Assembly (NCBI GenBank): GCA_964454005.1
Contig: CAYVQE010000005.1
Span: 4,404 to 68,403, forward strand
Direction of reading: 5' to 3'
Length of the DNA stretch: 64,000 bases
Source of the DNA: an uncultured Myxococcales bacterium
GTDB lineage: Bacteria; Myxococcota; B64-G9
Positions 17,791 through 28,977 of this stretch are shown piece after piece; positions within the stretch are counted from its first letter, which is position 1; every line of letters starts with the position of its first letter. Position numbers and translations under genes: made by a program. Under the pieces are notes generated by a model. That model worked only from the letters and a program-made list of their open reading frames with translations. It was not told where the DNA came from and ran no database searches.

Positions 17791-18348
17791 TCAGCCGACG
17801 TGGCGCATGCCCGCCGAATCGGCCAGCGAGGGAGCGCCCAGCGCTTCGTCCAGCCGGGCCGCCTCGGCCAGCAGCTGGTCGCAGGTCTCGAACTCGCCGC
17901 GCTCTTCGTAGCAGTCGATCATGTCCATCAGGATGTCGCGCCGGCTGCCCGCGTCATCGAGCCCCTCGGCCAGCTCCAGGCTGCGGCGGTAGTGGGCCAG
18001 CGCCCTGTCTTGCTTGCCCCAGGCGTAGTAGAGCTCGCCCAGCGCCGACTCGGCGATCAGCTCGCCGCGGGTGAAACCGCACTGCCGGGCCAGTTCACGG
18101 CCGTCGCGGAAGAACTTCAAGGCCACGTCCCAGATCCAGTTGCGGTAGACCTTGCCGATGTGGATCAGCACGAAGGCCTCGCGCTGCGGTGAACCCTCGT
18201 CGCGGGACGCGCGCAGCATCTGCCACAGCACCTCGAGCGCCTGGCCGTAGCGCTTCTGCCGGCACAGGTTGCGCGCCTCGAGCGCTTTGGGCATCAAGGC
18301 CCGCGGATCGGGCGCGATCGCCTCCGAAAGCTGTCGTTCCCAGTTCAT
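17791..18348 (-). CDS. TPR-like repeat protein
   Basis: The start MNWERQ (ATG 18348) is preceded by GAGGAGG. Helical repeats such as GELYYAWGKQDRALAHYRRSLELAE are present. Confidence 0.6.
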   Translation of the reverse strand: MNWERQLSEAIAPDPRALMPKALEARNLCRQKRYGQALEVLWQMLRASRDEGSPQREAFVLIHIGKVYRNWIWDVALKFFRDGRELARQCGFTRGELIAESALGELYYAWGKQDRALAHYRRSLELAEGLDDAGSRRDILMDMIDCYEERGEFETCDQLLAEAARLDEALGAPSLADSAGMRHVG

Positions 18349-18404
18349 CTCAACCTCCTCGGTCCCTTCGCCGTGCGGGATCGAATTGACCCAAGATCCG
18401 CGGC

Positions 18405-18722
18405 TCAGACGCAGCCCTGGGCCTTGCCCAGCCCGGCCAGTTTGGCCGCTCGTTTGCCAGGCTGTTTTTGGAACAGCGCGTGCAACTCGCGGAAGCTCTT
18501 GTTGCACTCGCGCGTCAGGATGTGGGCCATGGGCGGCACCTTGAACTTGTCGTAGTAGGCGCGGATGGTGCGCAGCACCGCCAAGTGCTCCTCGGTCAGC
18601 TCACCGATGCCATCGCGGTCGGCCAGGGCCTGGGCCACCTCGGGGCTCCACTGGGAGTAGTCGGCCAGGTGGCCGTCCTCGTCCAGCTCGACCTGGCGGT
18701 CGCCTACGGTCAGGGTCTCCAT
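18405..18722 (-). CDS. TusE/DsrC-family sulfur-relay protein (single C-terminal Cys)
   Basis: The 105-aa protein contains ELTEEHLAVLRTIRAYY and ends ...AAKLAGLGKAQGCV, with the conserved penultimate Cys. Confidence 0.85.
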   Translation of the reverse strand: METLTVGDRQVELDEDGHLADYSQWSPEVAQALADRDGIGELTEEHLAVLRTIRAYYDKFKVPPMAHILTRECNKSFRELHALFQKQPGKRAAKLAGLGKAQGCV

Positions 18723-18737
18723 GCTCCACCTCCCCCG

Positions 18738-19970
18738 TCAATCGAGAACCAGGGCGTTGGCCAGCAGCGCCCACAGGTGAGTCGGCTTCCAGTCCCGTTT
18801 GTACTCGGTGGCCAGGCCCTCGACAGCGTCGTGGCAGTTGACGCACGGGGTGCACACCAGCGCGGCGCCGGTGCGGTCGATCTGGTCGACCTTGACCTGG
18901 CCGTAGTAGTTGCGGGCTTGCTTGAAGCCCGAGATCAACGCTCCGCCGCCGCCGGCGCAGCAGTAGTTGTACTCGCGGTTGGGCCACATCTCGACGAAGT
19001 TCTCGCAGACCCGGCTGAGCACGTAGCGGCTGTCGTCCATGATATCGGCGAAGCCGTCCATGATCGCCTTGCGGCTGGCGTTGCACGGATCGTGCAGCGT
19101 AACCGGCTGCGGGTTGCGCGACGGGTCGACCTTGAGCCGGCCCTCGCGCAGCCACTTGGCGTAGAGGTTGACCTTGTGGACGACGTCGAACTTCGGCTCG
19201 ATGCCGAACTTCTTGTAGCCGGCCAGGGTGGCGTAGTAGCCATGGCCGCATTCGGTGTAGGCCATGGTCTTGATGCCCAGCTCCTCGACCCGGGCCACCT
19301 GCTGGCGCAGGGTGTACTCCCAGGTGTCCAGGTCGCCTGCGAACATGGCGTAGTTGGTGCCCTCCCACCAGATGCTGGGCATGGTCCAGCTGACCCCGGC
19401 GGCGTGGAAGACCTTGTAGATGCACTGTAGATCCAGCGGGTAGTACTGCGGCAGCTTGGAGTTGATGGTGATGAAGTAGTCGGCCCCCTGCTTGTCGATC
19501 GGGAAATCCAGATCCGGGATGTCGTCCTGGACCTCCTCCTTCATCCAATCCACCGTCTCCAGCCAGTCCTCGGTGCTCAGCTCCATATTGTTGCCCACGC
19601 TGCGGTGCAGATCGGCCGTCTTCTGGCTGCCGCCGGGCACCTGGTCGCGCGGCCGCATCGAGCGGGCGCGGGTGATCAGCGAGCCGATGCGCACGCCCAT
19701 GGGGCAGATGTAGGAGCAGCGGTCGCAGCCGGTGCACTGGTAGATGGCGTCGGCGTCGATCAGCTCCTGCTCGCGGCCGAACAGCACCAGCCGCACCGCC
19801 CGGCGCGGATCGAAATCCGAGTAGCCGTGCAGCGGGCAGACGCTCAGGCACTTGCCGCAGGTCAGGCAGACGTCCAGATCGGCTTTCCAGGCCGACTCCT
19901 CCAGCAACGCCTTGCGCAGCGGCAGATCGCGGTTTTGCTCCAGCTGAATGGCCTCTGCTGTCTCAGCCAT
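18738..19970 (-). CDS. HdrD/DsrK-like heterodisulfide-reductase-type Fe-S protein (2x[4Fe-4S] + CCG domains)
   Basis: It carries the ferredoxin motifs CLTCGKCLSVCP and CTGCDRCSYICP. Cys-rich CCG-type segments follow (HDPCNASR, NYCCAGGGG, CTPCVNCH). No obvious TM helices are present. Confidence 0.8.
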   Translation of the reverse strand: MAETAEAIQLEQNRDLPLRKALLEESAWKADLDVCLTCGKCLSVCPLHGYSDFDPRRAVRLVLFGREQELIDADAIYQCTGCDRCSYICPMGVRIGSLITRARSMRPRDQVPGGSQKTADLHRSVGNNMELSTEDWLETVDWMKEEVQDDIPDLDFPIDKQGADYFITINSKLPQYYPLDLQCIYKVFHAAGVSWTMPSIWWEGTNYAMFAGDLDTWEYTLRQQVARVEELGIKTMAYTECGHGYYATLAGYKKFGIEPKFDVVHKVNLYAKWLREGRLKVDPSRNPQPVTLHDPCNASRKAIMDGFADIMDDSRYVLSRVCENFVEMWPNREYNYCCAGGGGALISGFKQARNYYGQVKVDQIDRTGAALVCTPCVNCHDAVEGLATEYKRDWKPTHLWALLANALVLD

Positions 19971-21978
19971 TGCTCGCCTCCTGCCGGGCGCCTTGGCCGG
20001 CGCCCTGCTCGATGGTGCCTTCGGGGAAGGCCGCCACCGCTTTTTCGAGTAGGTGGACCAGCCGGTGCGGCTCGTTGGCCGCCAGGCTGTGGAAACAGAT
20101 GCGCTGGCCGCCCAGGCCGCTCGCCTCGAGCCACTCGTGCAGCATGCCGACCCGCCGCCGGGTGATGTCCGAACCCCACAGCGAGCGACAGTTGTCGTGA
20201 TGGCAGCCCAGCACCACCGCGCCGCGGGCGCCCTGCTCGATGGCGTCGAGCAGGATGCGGTCGCTGATCAGACCGGCGCAGGGCACGTCGATCAGCAGCA
20301 GATCGCGGGGCAGCGAAAGGCCCTGGCGCATCGCGCTGTCGGCCGCGGCCACCGCCGATTGGTGGCAGGCGAAGCCGATGATGGGTGCCCGGCCCGCCAG
20401 GGTGCGGGTGGCCTCGGCCAACACGGCGTGCATCTGGCCGAAGCGCATGCTGCCGTGCTCCAGCGCCAGGCCGGGGCAGACGGAGGTGCAGATGCCGCAC
20501 TGCCAGCAGGCGGAGTCGAGCACCTGCATGCGGTGCTGGGTGTCCTCGATGGGCTCGATGGCGCCGTGGGGGCAGACCCGCACGCAGTTGAGACAGGCCG
20601 CGCAGTGGCCCTTGTCGTAGGCCACCTTCTCCAGCGGGAGCCGCAGGGGAGCATCGGGCAGCTGGGCGGCCAGCTCGGCCACCACGGCCTGGGCTTCCAG
20701 CCGCGCCTCGGCCGGATCGCATTCGTCGTGGCAGCCGCCGACGAAGAACACGCCCCGGCGCGCCGAGCCGACCGGACGGTGGCGCACGTTGCCGCTCTGC
20801 AAAAAGCCCTGTCGGTCCAGCGGCTGCTGCAGCAGGTGGGCCAGCTGGCGGTGGGCCGCCGAGGGCCGCACCGGCTCGGGCAGCACCAGCAGATCGGCAG
20901 CGATTTCGATGGGCTTGTCCGGCAGCACGCTGTCGGTGACCCGCACCAGCAGGCTCCGTCCGCCGACCTCCACCTCGGGTTGCTGCGTGGTGCGCAGAAA
21001 GGTCACCCCGGCCAGCCGGGCCTCGTCGTAGCGCAGCTGGCCCTGCTCGCCGTAGACCGGCATCTGGCGGGCCAGCACGTAGACCGGGCTGCCCCGGCGC
21101 GCCTGATGGAGGGCCAGCTCGACCGCCGCCAAGCCGGCACAACGCCGGTCGTGGTTCTGGTGATCGAGCCAGATCACCACCGGCCCATCGGGCGCGTCAC
21201 CGCTGTTCAGCCGATCGCTGTAGCTGCGCAGAGTGATGACCTTGCCGCTGTCGGCCAGCTCGGGCGCCAGATGCAGCGGCAGACTCTCGGCGTCGACCGC
21301 CACGACCAACGCCCCGGCGCACAGCACGTGCCGGCCGGCCTCGTCCGCGGTCCACAGCTTGAAGTTGCCCAGCCCGCCCTCGACGCGATCGATGCGCGCG
21401 TCGTCGATCACGGTGATGGCCGGGTGATCGAGCACCGGCTTCAGCTCGTCCTCCCCCAGCTCGTAGTAACAGCCGCTGGGCGGCGCGGTACGCAACAGGG
21501 TGACCGGATGGCCGGCGGCGGCCAGGGCGCGGGCGCTGGCCATGGCACCGTGGTTGCCGCCCAGCACCACCACCCGCCGCTCGGCAGCCACCTCGCCGAT
21601 TTGCAGCGGTGCGGCTTGCCGGGCCCGGGCCACGGCCATTCGAACCAGGCGCGCGGCGTGGGCGGATCCGTCTTCGTCCACCGACCGTATGGTGGCGCAG
21701 GTGATGGGCACGGCAGCATCGCCGTTGTCGCCACCCACCCATTCGGGCAAACGGTCGGCCGATCGGGCCGAGGCGCAGACGACAACCCGCGACAGCGATT
21801 GCTCGCGACACAGTTCGCCGATGCGGCTGGCCGCCGAGGCGTCGCTCCAGCTCGGTGCGCTGAACAGCTGCAGGTCTTCGGCGCCATTCAGCTCCGCCGC
21901 CAGCGACTCCTCGCTCAGCAGTTCGGCCAGAACCGCATCGCCGGTCTCCAAAAAAACGCCGATCTTCTCTCCACTCAT
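19963..21978 (-). CDS. QmoB-like HdrA-type flavoprotein fused to ferredoxin and MvhD domains
   Basis: A dinucleotide fold (RRVVVLGGNHGAMASA) is followed by CAACLNCVRVCP and CWQCGICTSVCP. The C-terminal MvhD/FlpD-like domain reads IGFACHQSA...VPCAG...LGCHHDNC. Confidence 0.8.
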   Translation of the reverse strand: MSGEKIGVFLETGDAVLAELLSEESLAAELNGAEDLQLFSAPSWSDASAASRIGELCREQSLSRVVVCASARSADRLPEWVGGDNGDAAVPITCATIRSVDEDGSAHAARLVRMAVARARQAAPLQIGEVAAERRVVVLGGNHGAMASARALAAAGHPVTLLRTAPPSGCYYELGEDELKPVLDHPAITVIDDARIDRVEGGLGNFKLWTADEAGRHVLCAGALVVAVDAESLPLHLAPELADSGKVITLRSYSDRLNSGDAPDGPVVIWLDHQNHDRRCAGLAAVELALHQARRGSPVYVLARQMPVYGEQGQLRYDEARLAGVTFLRTTQQPEVEVGGRSLLVRVTDSVLPDKPIEIAADLLVLPEPVRPSAAHRQLAHLLQQPLDRQGFLQSGNVRHRPVGSARRGVFFVGGCHDECDPAEARLEAQAVVAELAAQLPDAPLRLPLEKVAYDKGHCAACLNCVRVCPHGAIEPIEDTQHRMQVLDSACWQCGICTSVCPGLALEHGSMRFGQMHAVLAEATRTLAGRAPIIGFACHQSAVAAADSAMRQGLSLPRDLLLIDVPCAGLISDRILLDAIEQGARGAVVLGCHHDNCRSLWGSDITRRRVGMLHEWLEASGLGGQRICFHSLAANEPHRLVHLLEKAVAAFPEGTIEQGAGQGARQEASNG

Positions 21979-21982
21979 GGCT

Positions 21983-23140
21983 TTATGCTCCCGCGGCGGT
22001 CCGCTGGCTGGACTCGGTCCGTTGTGAGGGTCCGCGTTCGGCCTCGTCGCGGTTCAGGTGACCGGCGGCCATGGCGGCCGCCGCCAGGCCCGTGCGCCGC
22101 GAGCCCTGGATGTCGGTCGGGCCGGCGCAGGCGCCGGCCATGAACAAGCCGGGCTGCTCGGTCATGGTGGCCCCGTCCGGACTGTGGGCCAGAAAGCCGA
22201 ATTCGTTCTGCGCCAGCCCGAAGCGTTCGGCCAACTCGCCCTGCGCCGCACCGGGGGCCAATCCGGTGGCCAGCACGATGCGGTCGAAGGCGAAGGCCTC
22301 GGCCTTTTCGGCCCCCTGGCGGATGGCGTGCACCACCGCCTTGTCCGCCAGCTCCTCGGTGCCGTAGCACACCTCGGCCGGTACGCCCTGGATGAACTCG
22401 ACCCGATCGCGCGCCTGGCGGTAGAAGGTCTCGAACTCCTTGCTCATGATCTGCAGGTCGATGTAGAAGACCGTCACCTCGGTCTCGGGGCGCAGATGCA
22501 GCAGCCGGTTGACCAGCCGGATGGTGGCCCGGCAGCAGAACTGCGAGCAGTACTCGCGGCCCAGCTGGCGGTCGCGCGAACCCACGCACTGGATGAAGGC
22601 CAGCCGCGGCTTCTCGATGGCGGCGGGGAGGAACACCTCCAGGTCATCCTGGGCCAGGGCGTGATCCAGCTCGCGGATGGTGCGGACCTGATCGAAGCGA
22701 CCGTAGCCCAACAGCAGATCCGCGGACGGATCGTAGACCGAGAACCCGGTGGCCAGAACGGTGGCCGCGGCCCGTAGCTGGCGGGGTGCGTCCAGCCCGG
22801 GGGCCGCCGCGTCATCTTCGTTCTGCGCTTCGTCCGCGACCGGCTCCAGCGCCAGGGTGCGGCCCGCGGCATCGACGTCCACCTGCGCCACCTGGGCGTT
22901 GGCCAGTACCTCGATGTGCGGATGCGCCAGGGTGCGCCGGATCAGATCCTGGACCATGCAGGCCGAGCAGCGGGCGCACTCGTCGGTGGCCATGCAGGCC
23001 CACTCTGCCGCGTGGCCTCCCAGGCGGCGCGAGCGCTCGATGAGGGTGACGTCGATTCCCCGGTCGGCCAGGGCGGTGGCGGCGGTCAGCCCGGCCACTC
23101 CGCCGCCGACGATCGCGACGTGCTTGTGGCTATCCTCCAT
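21983..23140 (-). CDS. QmoA/HdrA-like FAD- and Fe-S-containing oxidoreductase
   Basis: Motifs seen are the FAD fold VAIVGGGVAGLTAA, the HdrA-type cluster signature CVGSRDRQLGREYCSQFCC and the N-terminal Cys motif CMATDECARCSAC. Confidence 0.8.
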   Translation of the reverse strand: MEDSHKHVAIVGGGVAGLTAATALADRGIDVTLIERSRRLGGHAAEWACMATDECARCSACMVQDLIRRTLAHPHIEVLANAQVAQVDVDAAGRTLALEPVADEAQNEDDAAAPGLDAPRQLRAAATVLATGFSVYDPSADLLLGYGRFDQVRTIRELDHALAQDDLEVFLPAAIEKPRLAFIQCVGSRDRQLGREYCSQFCCRATIRLVNRLLHLRPETEVTVFYIDLQIMSKEFETFYRQARDRVEFIQGVPAEVCYGTEELADKAVVHAIRQGAEKAEAFAFDRIVLATGLAPGAAQGELAERFGLAQNEFGFLAHSPDGATMTEQPGLFMAGACAGPTDIQGSRRTGLAAAAMAAGHLNRDEAERGPSQRTESSQRTAAGA

Positions 23141-23147
23141 CTCGAAC

Positions 23148-23567
23148 TCACCTCTCCCTTTCCGGGCTCGATCCGGGATCGGCCCAGCGTCGGTAGTATT
23201 CGCAATCCTCGCAGCGCCCGCGCGGAGCGCTGGCGTCCGGGCGCATGCCCATCAGCTTGAAGCAGTCGCGCACGCCCAGGTACTTCACCAGGCAGCCCGC
23301 GCAGGCGGCCGGCGGCTGGCCGTCGGCCCCGGCGTGGAACTGCCAGCACATCGGGCGCACATCGGCCGGGTCGACCAGCAGGTCGGTGTTCATGCCCTGG
23401 GCGTGCATGAAGGAGCGCAGATCGCGGCGCAGGATGCGGTACTGGCCGCCGGCGGTGCGTTGCGCGGGCAGCCGACCGGCCTTGATCCAGTTGACGATGG
23501 TGTCCGCGGTCACCAGGCAGCAGCGGGCGGCCTGGCCGGTGGTCATGGCCAGTCGCTGGTCAGTCAT
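23148..23567 (-). CDS. Excisionase/MerR-type HTH DNA-binding protein with Cys-rich C-terminal domain
   Basis: The start MTDQRL (ATG 23567) lies inside listed ORF 23148..23792. The HTH reads TTGQAARCCLVTADTIVNWIKAGRLPAQRTAGGQYRI. The C-terminus carries Cys residues in the pattern CW...CAGC...C...CEDC. Confidence 0.65.
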   Translation of the reverse strand: MTDQRLAMTTGQAARCCLVTADTIVNWIKAGRLPAQRTAGGQYRILRRDLRSFMHAQGMNTDLLVDPADVRPMCWQFHAGADGQPPAACAGCLVKYLGVRDCFKLMGMRPDASAPRGRCEDCEYYRRWADPGSSPERER

Positions 23568-23651
23568 GATCGACCGGGCTGGCGCTTGCTTCGCGCTTTT
23601 TTCGATTTTTCCACATTCCGTGCATTCGCCCTTTTCCGGAAATCCATACAG

Positions 23652-23666
23652 GCAAGGCCTGTGCCC
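23652..23666 (-). promoter_or_regulatory. Predicted sigma-54 (-24/-12) promoter of the HTH-Hdr/Qmo-like operon
   Basis: The reverse strand reads GGGCAC-AGGCC-TTGC. This matches GGCAC-N5-TTGC with correct GG/GC spacing, and it lies about 85 nt upstream of ATG 23567. Confidence 0.5.
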
Positions 23667-23756
23667 AGTGGCCAGATCGGCCTGGAGACAGCATAACGTT
23701 CTGAAATAAAGATAAATTAACCTTTGAGCGGACATCGGACAATGTGGCGCAAGTGT

Positions 23757-23790
23757 CGCAACAGTCCTCACTGTTGCGCTACAGTGTAGC
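23757..23790. promoter_or_regulatory. Adjacent perfect palindromes (candidate activator binding sites or terminator hairpin)
   Basis: CGCAACAGT-cctc-ACTGTTGCG (23757-23778) abuts GCTACA-G-TGTAGC (23778-23790). They sit about 100 bp upstream of the sigma-54 element and about 80-110 bp downstream of the convergently oriented... same-strand gene ending at 23869. Confidence 0.4.
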
Positions 23791-23868
23791 ACAACAAGAC
23801 ACTCAGGATAGGCAAAATCCGGAAAAAATGGGTCTATAATTAGGACTGCGCGATCGGGGGCAGCGGCT

Positions 23869-25212
23869 TCAGATCAGCAGCCGACAGGCCCAGACCGCGG
23901 CCAGGACGCCGGTCAGATCGGCGATCAGGCAGGCCGGCACCGTGTGGCGGGTACGGCGGATGCCGATCACGCCGAAGTAGAGCGCCAGCACGTAGAAGGT
24001 GGTCTCGGTCGAGCCCTGCATGGTGCTGACGATCTGGCCGATCAACGAATCGGGCCCGTGGACCTGCATGATCTCGGCAGCCATGCCGAAGGCGCCCTTG
24101 CCGGACAGCGGTCGCATCAGGGCCATCGGCAGGGTCTCGGCCGGCATGCCCACCAGGCTGGTGGCCGGCTGCAGGCCGTCGACCAGCAGTCCGAGGGCGC
24201 CCGAGGCGCGCAGCATACCGATGCCCACCATCAGCACGATGAAGTAGGGCACGAAGCGCACCACGAACTGGAAGGCCTCGCGGCCGCCCTCGACCACCGC
24301 GTCGAAGACCTTGACGCCGCGGATCAAGCCGTAGAGCACGAAGCCGGCGATCAGCAACGCCAGCGGCCACTGGGTGATGGCCGTGCCCAGGGCCTCGGCC
24401 CAGCCCTGGTCCTGGCCGCCGGGGCCGGGCCGGCCGGCCTGGAGGAACAGGGCATAGCCGATGGCGGCCACCGCGCCGATCGCCAGCAGCCAGCCGGCCA
24501 GCCGCACCCAGGTCGATGGCCGCTCCGGCTGGGCGTCGAACAGCGCCTGGGCCTCGCTGATGTCGAGCCCGTCGTCGGCCGCGGCCTCGGCCGCGCCCTC
24601 GGCCGGGGTGTTCTCGGCGGCCTCCTTGATGCGAAACACGGGCAGGCGTTGCAGCAGCTTGGCCGTCAGGATGGCGACACAGGTCGACAGTCCGGTGCTT
24701 ACGATCGAGGCCAGGATGAACGAGCCCGGCTCCTCGGAGCCGAGCGAGGAGCGCAGCGCGATCATGCCGGTGGGCAGCAGGGCCAGGTTGGAGGTGTTGA
24801 TGGCCAGAAACAGCACCATCGAGTTGCTGGCCACCCCCTTGTGCCGGTTGAGCTTGTCCAGCTCGACCATGGCCTTGAGGCCGAAGGGGGTAGCCGCGTT
24901 GCCCAGCCCCAGCATGTTGGCCACGATGTTCATGATCATCATGCTCATGGCCGGGTGCTCCGGGGGCACGTCCGGGAACAGGCGCCGGGTCAGCGGGCGC
25001 AGCAGCCGGGCGAAACGATTGAGCAATCCGCCGCGCTGCAGCACCCGCATCAGGCCCAGCCAGAAGGCCATCACCCCCACCAGGCCCACCACCAGCATGA
25101 CCGCCGTCTTGGCCGCCTCGGTCGAGGCGGTCGAGACCTCCCCGAGCCGGCCGGTCAGCGCCCCGCAGATCAGGGCGCCGACGATCATCAGGATCCAGAT
25201 GGCGTTGAGCAT
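23869..25212 (-). CDS. Nucleoside-recognition (Gate) domain membrane protein, SpmA/SpmB-like fusion
   Basis: The start MLNAIWILMIVGALI (ATG 25212) matches a SpmA-type N-terminus. The protein is polytopic and hydrophobic, and its second half is SpmB-like (RPLSGKGAFGM...TTFYVLALYFG). Confidence 0.75.
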   Translation of the reverse strand: MLNAIWILMIVGALICGALTGRLGEVSTASTEAAKTAVMLVVGLVGVMAFWLGLMRVLQRGGLLNRFARLLRPLTRRLFPDVPPEHPAMSMMIMNIVANMLGLGNAATPFGLKAMVELDKLNRHKGVASNSMVLFLAINTSNLALLPTGMIALRSSLGSEEPGSFILASIVSTGLSTCVAILTAKLLQRLPVFRIKEAAENTPAEGAAEAAADDGLDISEAQALFDAQPERPSTWVRLAGWLLAIGAVAAIGYALFLQAGRPGPGGQDQGWAEALGTAITQWPLALLIAGFVLYGLIRGVKVFDAVVEGGREAFQFVVRFVPYFIVLMVGIGMLRASGALGLLVDGLQPATSLVGMPAETLPMALMRPLSGKGAFGMAAEIMQVHGPDSLIGQIVSTMQGSTETTFYVLALYFGVIGIRRTRHTVPACLIADLTGVLAAVWACRLLI

Positions 25213-25379
25213 ATGCGCTGCCGTCCCCACCGCCGCCTCGCCGGCGGCGGCCATGGGCCATGAATGCCCCTGGGTGGCACATCGTGCCCGCCAAGTCAAG
25301 AATTCGCGGCGTGTTTTGGTTCTCCGGGGCCTGGATTTGAATCCGCGGCCGCGAAGCGGTAGCCTGACCGGGGGTGACG

Positions 25380-25721
25380 ATGCACCGCGTCTATCTGATT
25401 CCGGGCTTCTTCGGGTTCGCCAATCTCGGTTATTCTCACTATTTCAACCACTTGTACGATCTGCTGGCCTCGTTGTTCACCGGCCTGCAGGGCCAGAACC
25501 TGCTGCGGCTGCTGTCGCTGGCCACCCTGTACATGCTGCGCTTCGGCCAGCTGCCGCTCGGCGCGGCCGAGGCCGATCACCTGGACGTGATCGGCCACTT
25601 CGGCGACGGCGGCCACACCCCGCAGCACGTCGATTGGTTGGCCTCGGGCAGCGCGTTCGACCACCGGCGGTTCGAAGGTCTGTGGGACGAGGCGGTGGAT
25701 TTCATGTTGAACGCAGAGTGA
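25380..25721 (+). pseudogene. Possible remnant of a lipase-like alpha/beta hydrolase (internal deletion)
   Basis: The N-terminus VYLIPGFFGFANLG..YF and the C-terminus ADHLDVIGHF...DWLASGSAF resemble the two ends of PGAP1/lipase-like hydrolases. The roughly 200-aa core with the GxSxG nucleophile is absent from this 113-aa ORF. Confidence 0.35.
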
Positions 25722-25770
25722 GTCGCTGGCAAGCTGCGGGTCTTTGACGTGCGGCATCGCGAACGGGAGC

Positions 25771-26327
25771 ATGGATTTGGCAGAAGACGAGAACGGCAAG
25801 CGCACCGAGCACGAGCAAGAGCGGATCCAGGTCCGCGAGATGGAGATCGACGATCTGGCCGGGGTGTTCCACCTGGGCGAGCAGCTGTTCACCGCCGGCG
25901 ACGTGCCGGTGCTCTACCGCACCTGGGACGAGTTCGAGGTGACCTCGATCTACCAGAACGATTCGGAGGTGGGCCTGGTGGCCAACCGCGGGCCGGACGG
26001 GGAACTGATCGGTTTCGCCCTGGGCACCACCATCACCAAGCGGGGCTCGGCCTGGAAGTACGGCCACTTGATCTGGCTGGGCGTGCGCCCCGACCAGCAG
26101 CGCCACCGGGTCGGTGAGCGGCTGCTCGAGGCCTTCATCGAGCGGATGCTGGAGATGGGCGTGCGCCTGCTGCTGGTCGACACCGAGGCCGACAACCTGC
26201 CGGCGTTGGACTTTTTCGACAAGCACGGCTTCGGCCGGCCGCAAAACCACGTCTACCTGTCGTTGAACCTCGACGATCGCCGCCGCGGCGAGGCCGCGGT
26301 GCCCGCTCCGGGCGCCGGAGGCAGCTG

Positions 26328-26328
<1 letters not shown>
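25771..26328 (+). CDS. GNAT family N-acetyltransferase
   Basis: Acetyl-CoA motif A is present (LIWLGVRPDQQRHRVGERLLEAF), followed by ...ADNLPALDFFDKHGF. ATG 25771 is preferred over TTG 25744. Confidence 0.8.
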
Positions 26329-28885
<2,557 letters not shown>

Positions 28886-28913
28886 CTCACAGCGCGGCTC
28901 ATCAGCCGCAACC

Positions 28914-28977
28914 AAAAAACCGCGCAGTACTACTGAGAATCTTTGCGGGACGCGAAGATTCTCGCGGTTAGTAGTAC
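28914..28977 (-). terminator. Long bulged hairpin plus T-run (minus-strand intrinsic terminator between convergent genes)
   Basis: Positions 28927-28947 pair with 28951-28977 as 13 bp plus 8 bp around a 6-nt bulge. On the minus strand the hairpin is followed by gcgcggTTTTTTgg. It overlaps the last codons of the minus gene. Confidence 0.5.

Noticed and set aside
23745-23760. A plus-strand sigma-54-like match, TGGCGC-N5..-TCGCA, with correct GG/GC spacing.
   Set aside because: It points into the 3' end of a convergent... same-region minus-strand gene with no + strand ORF downstream, and the -12 box is poorer than the minus-strand element at 23652-23666.
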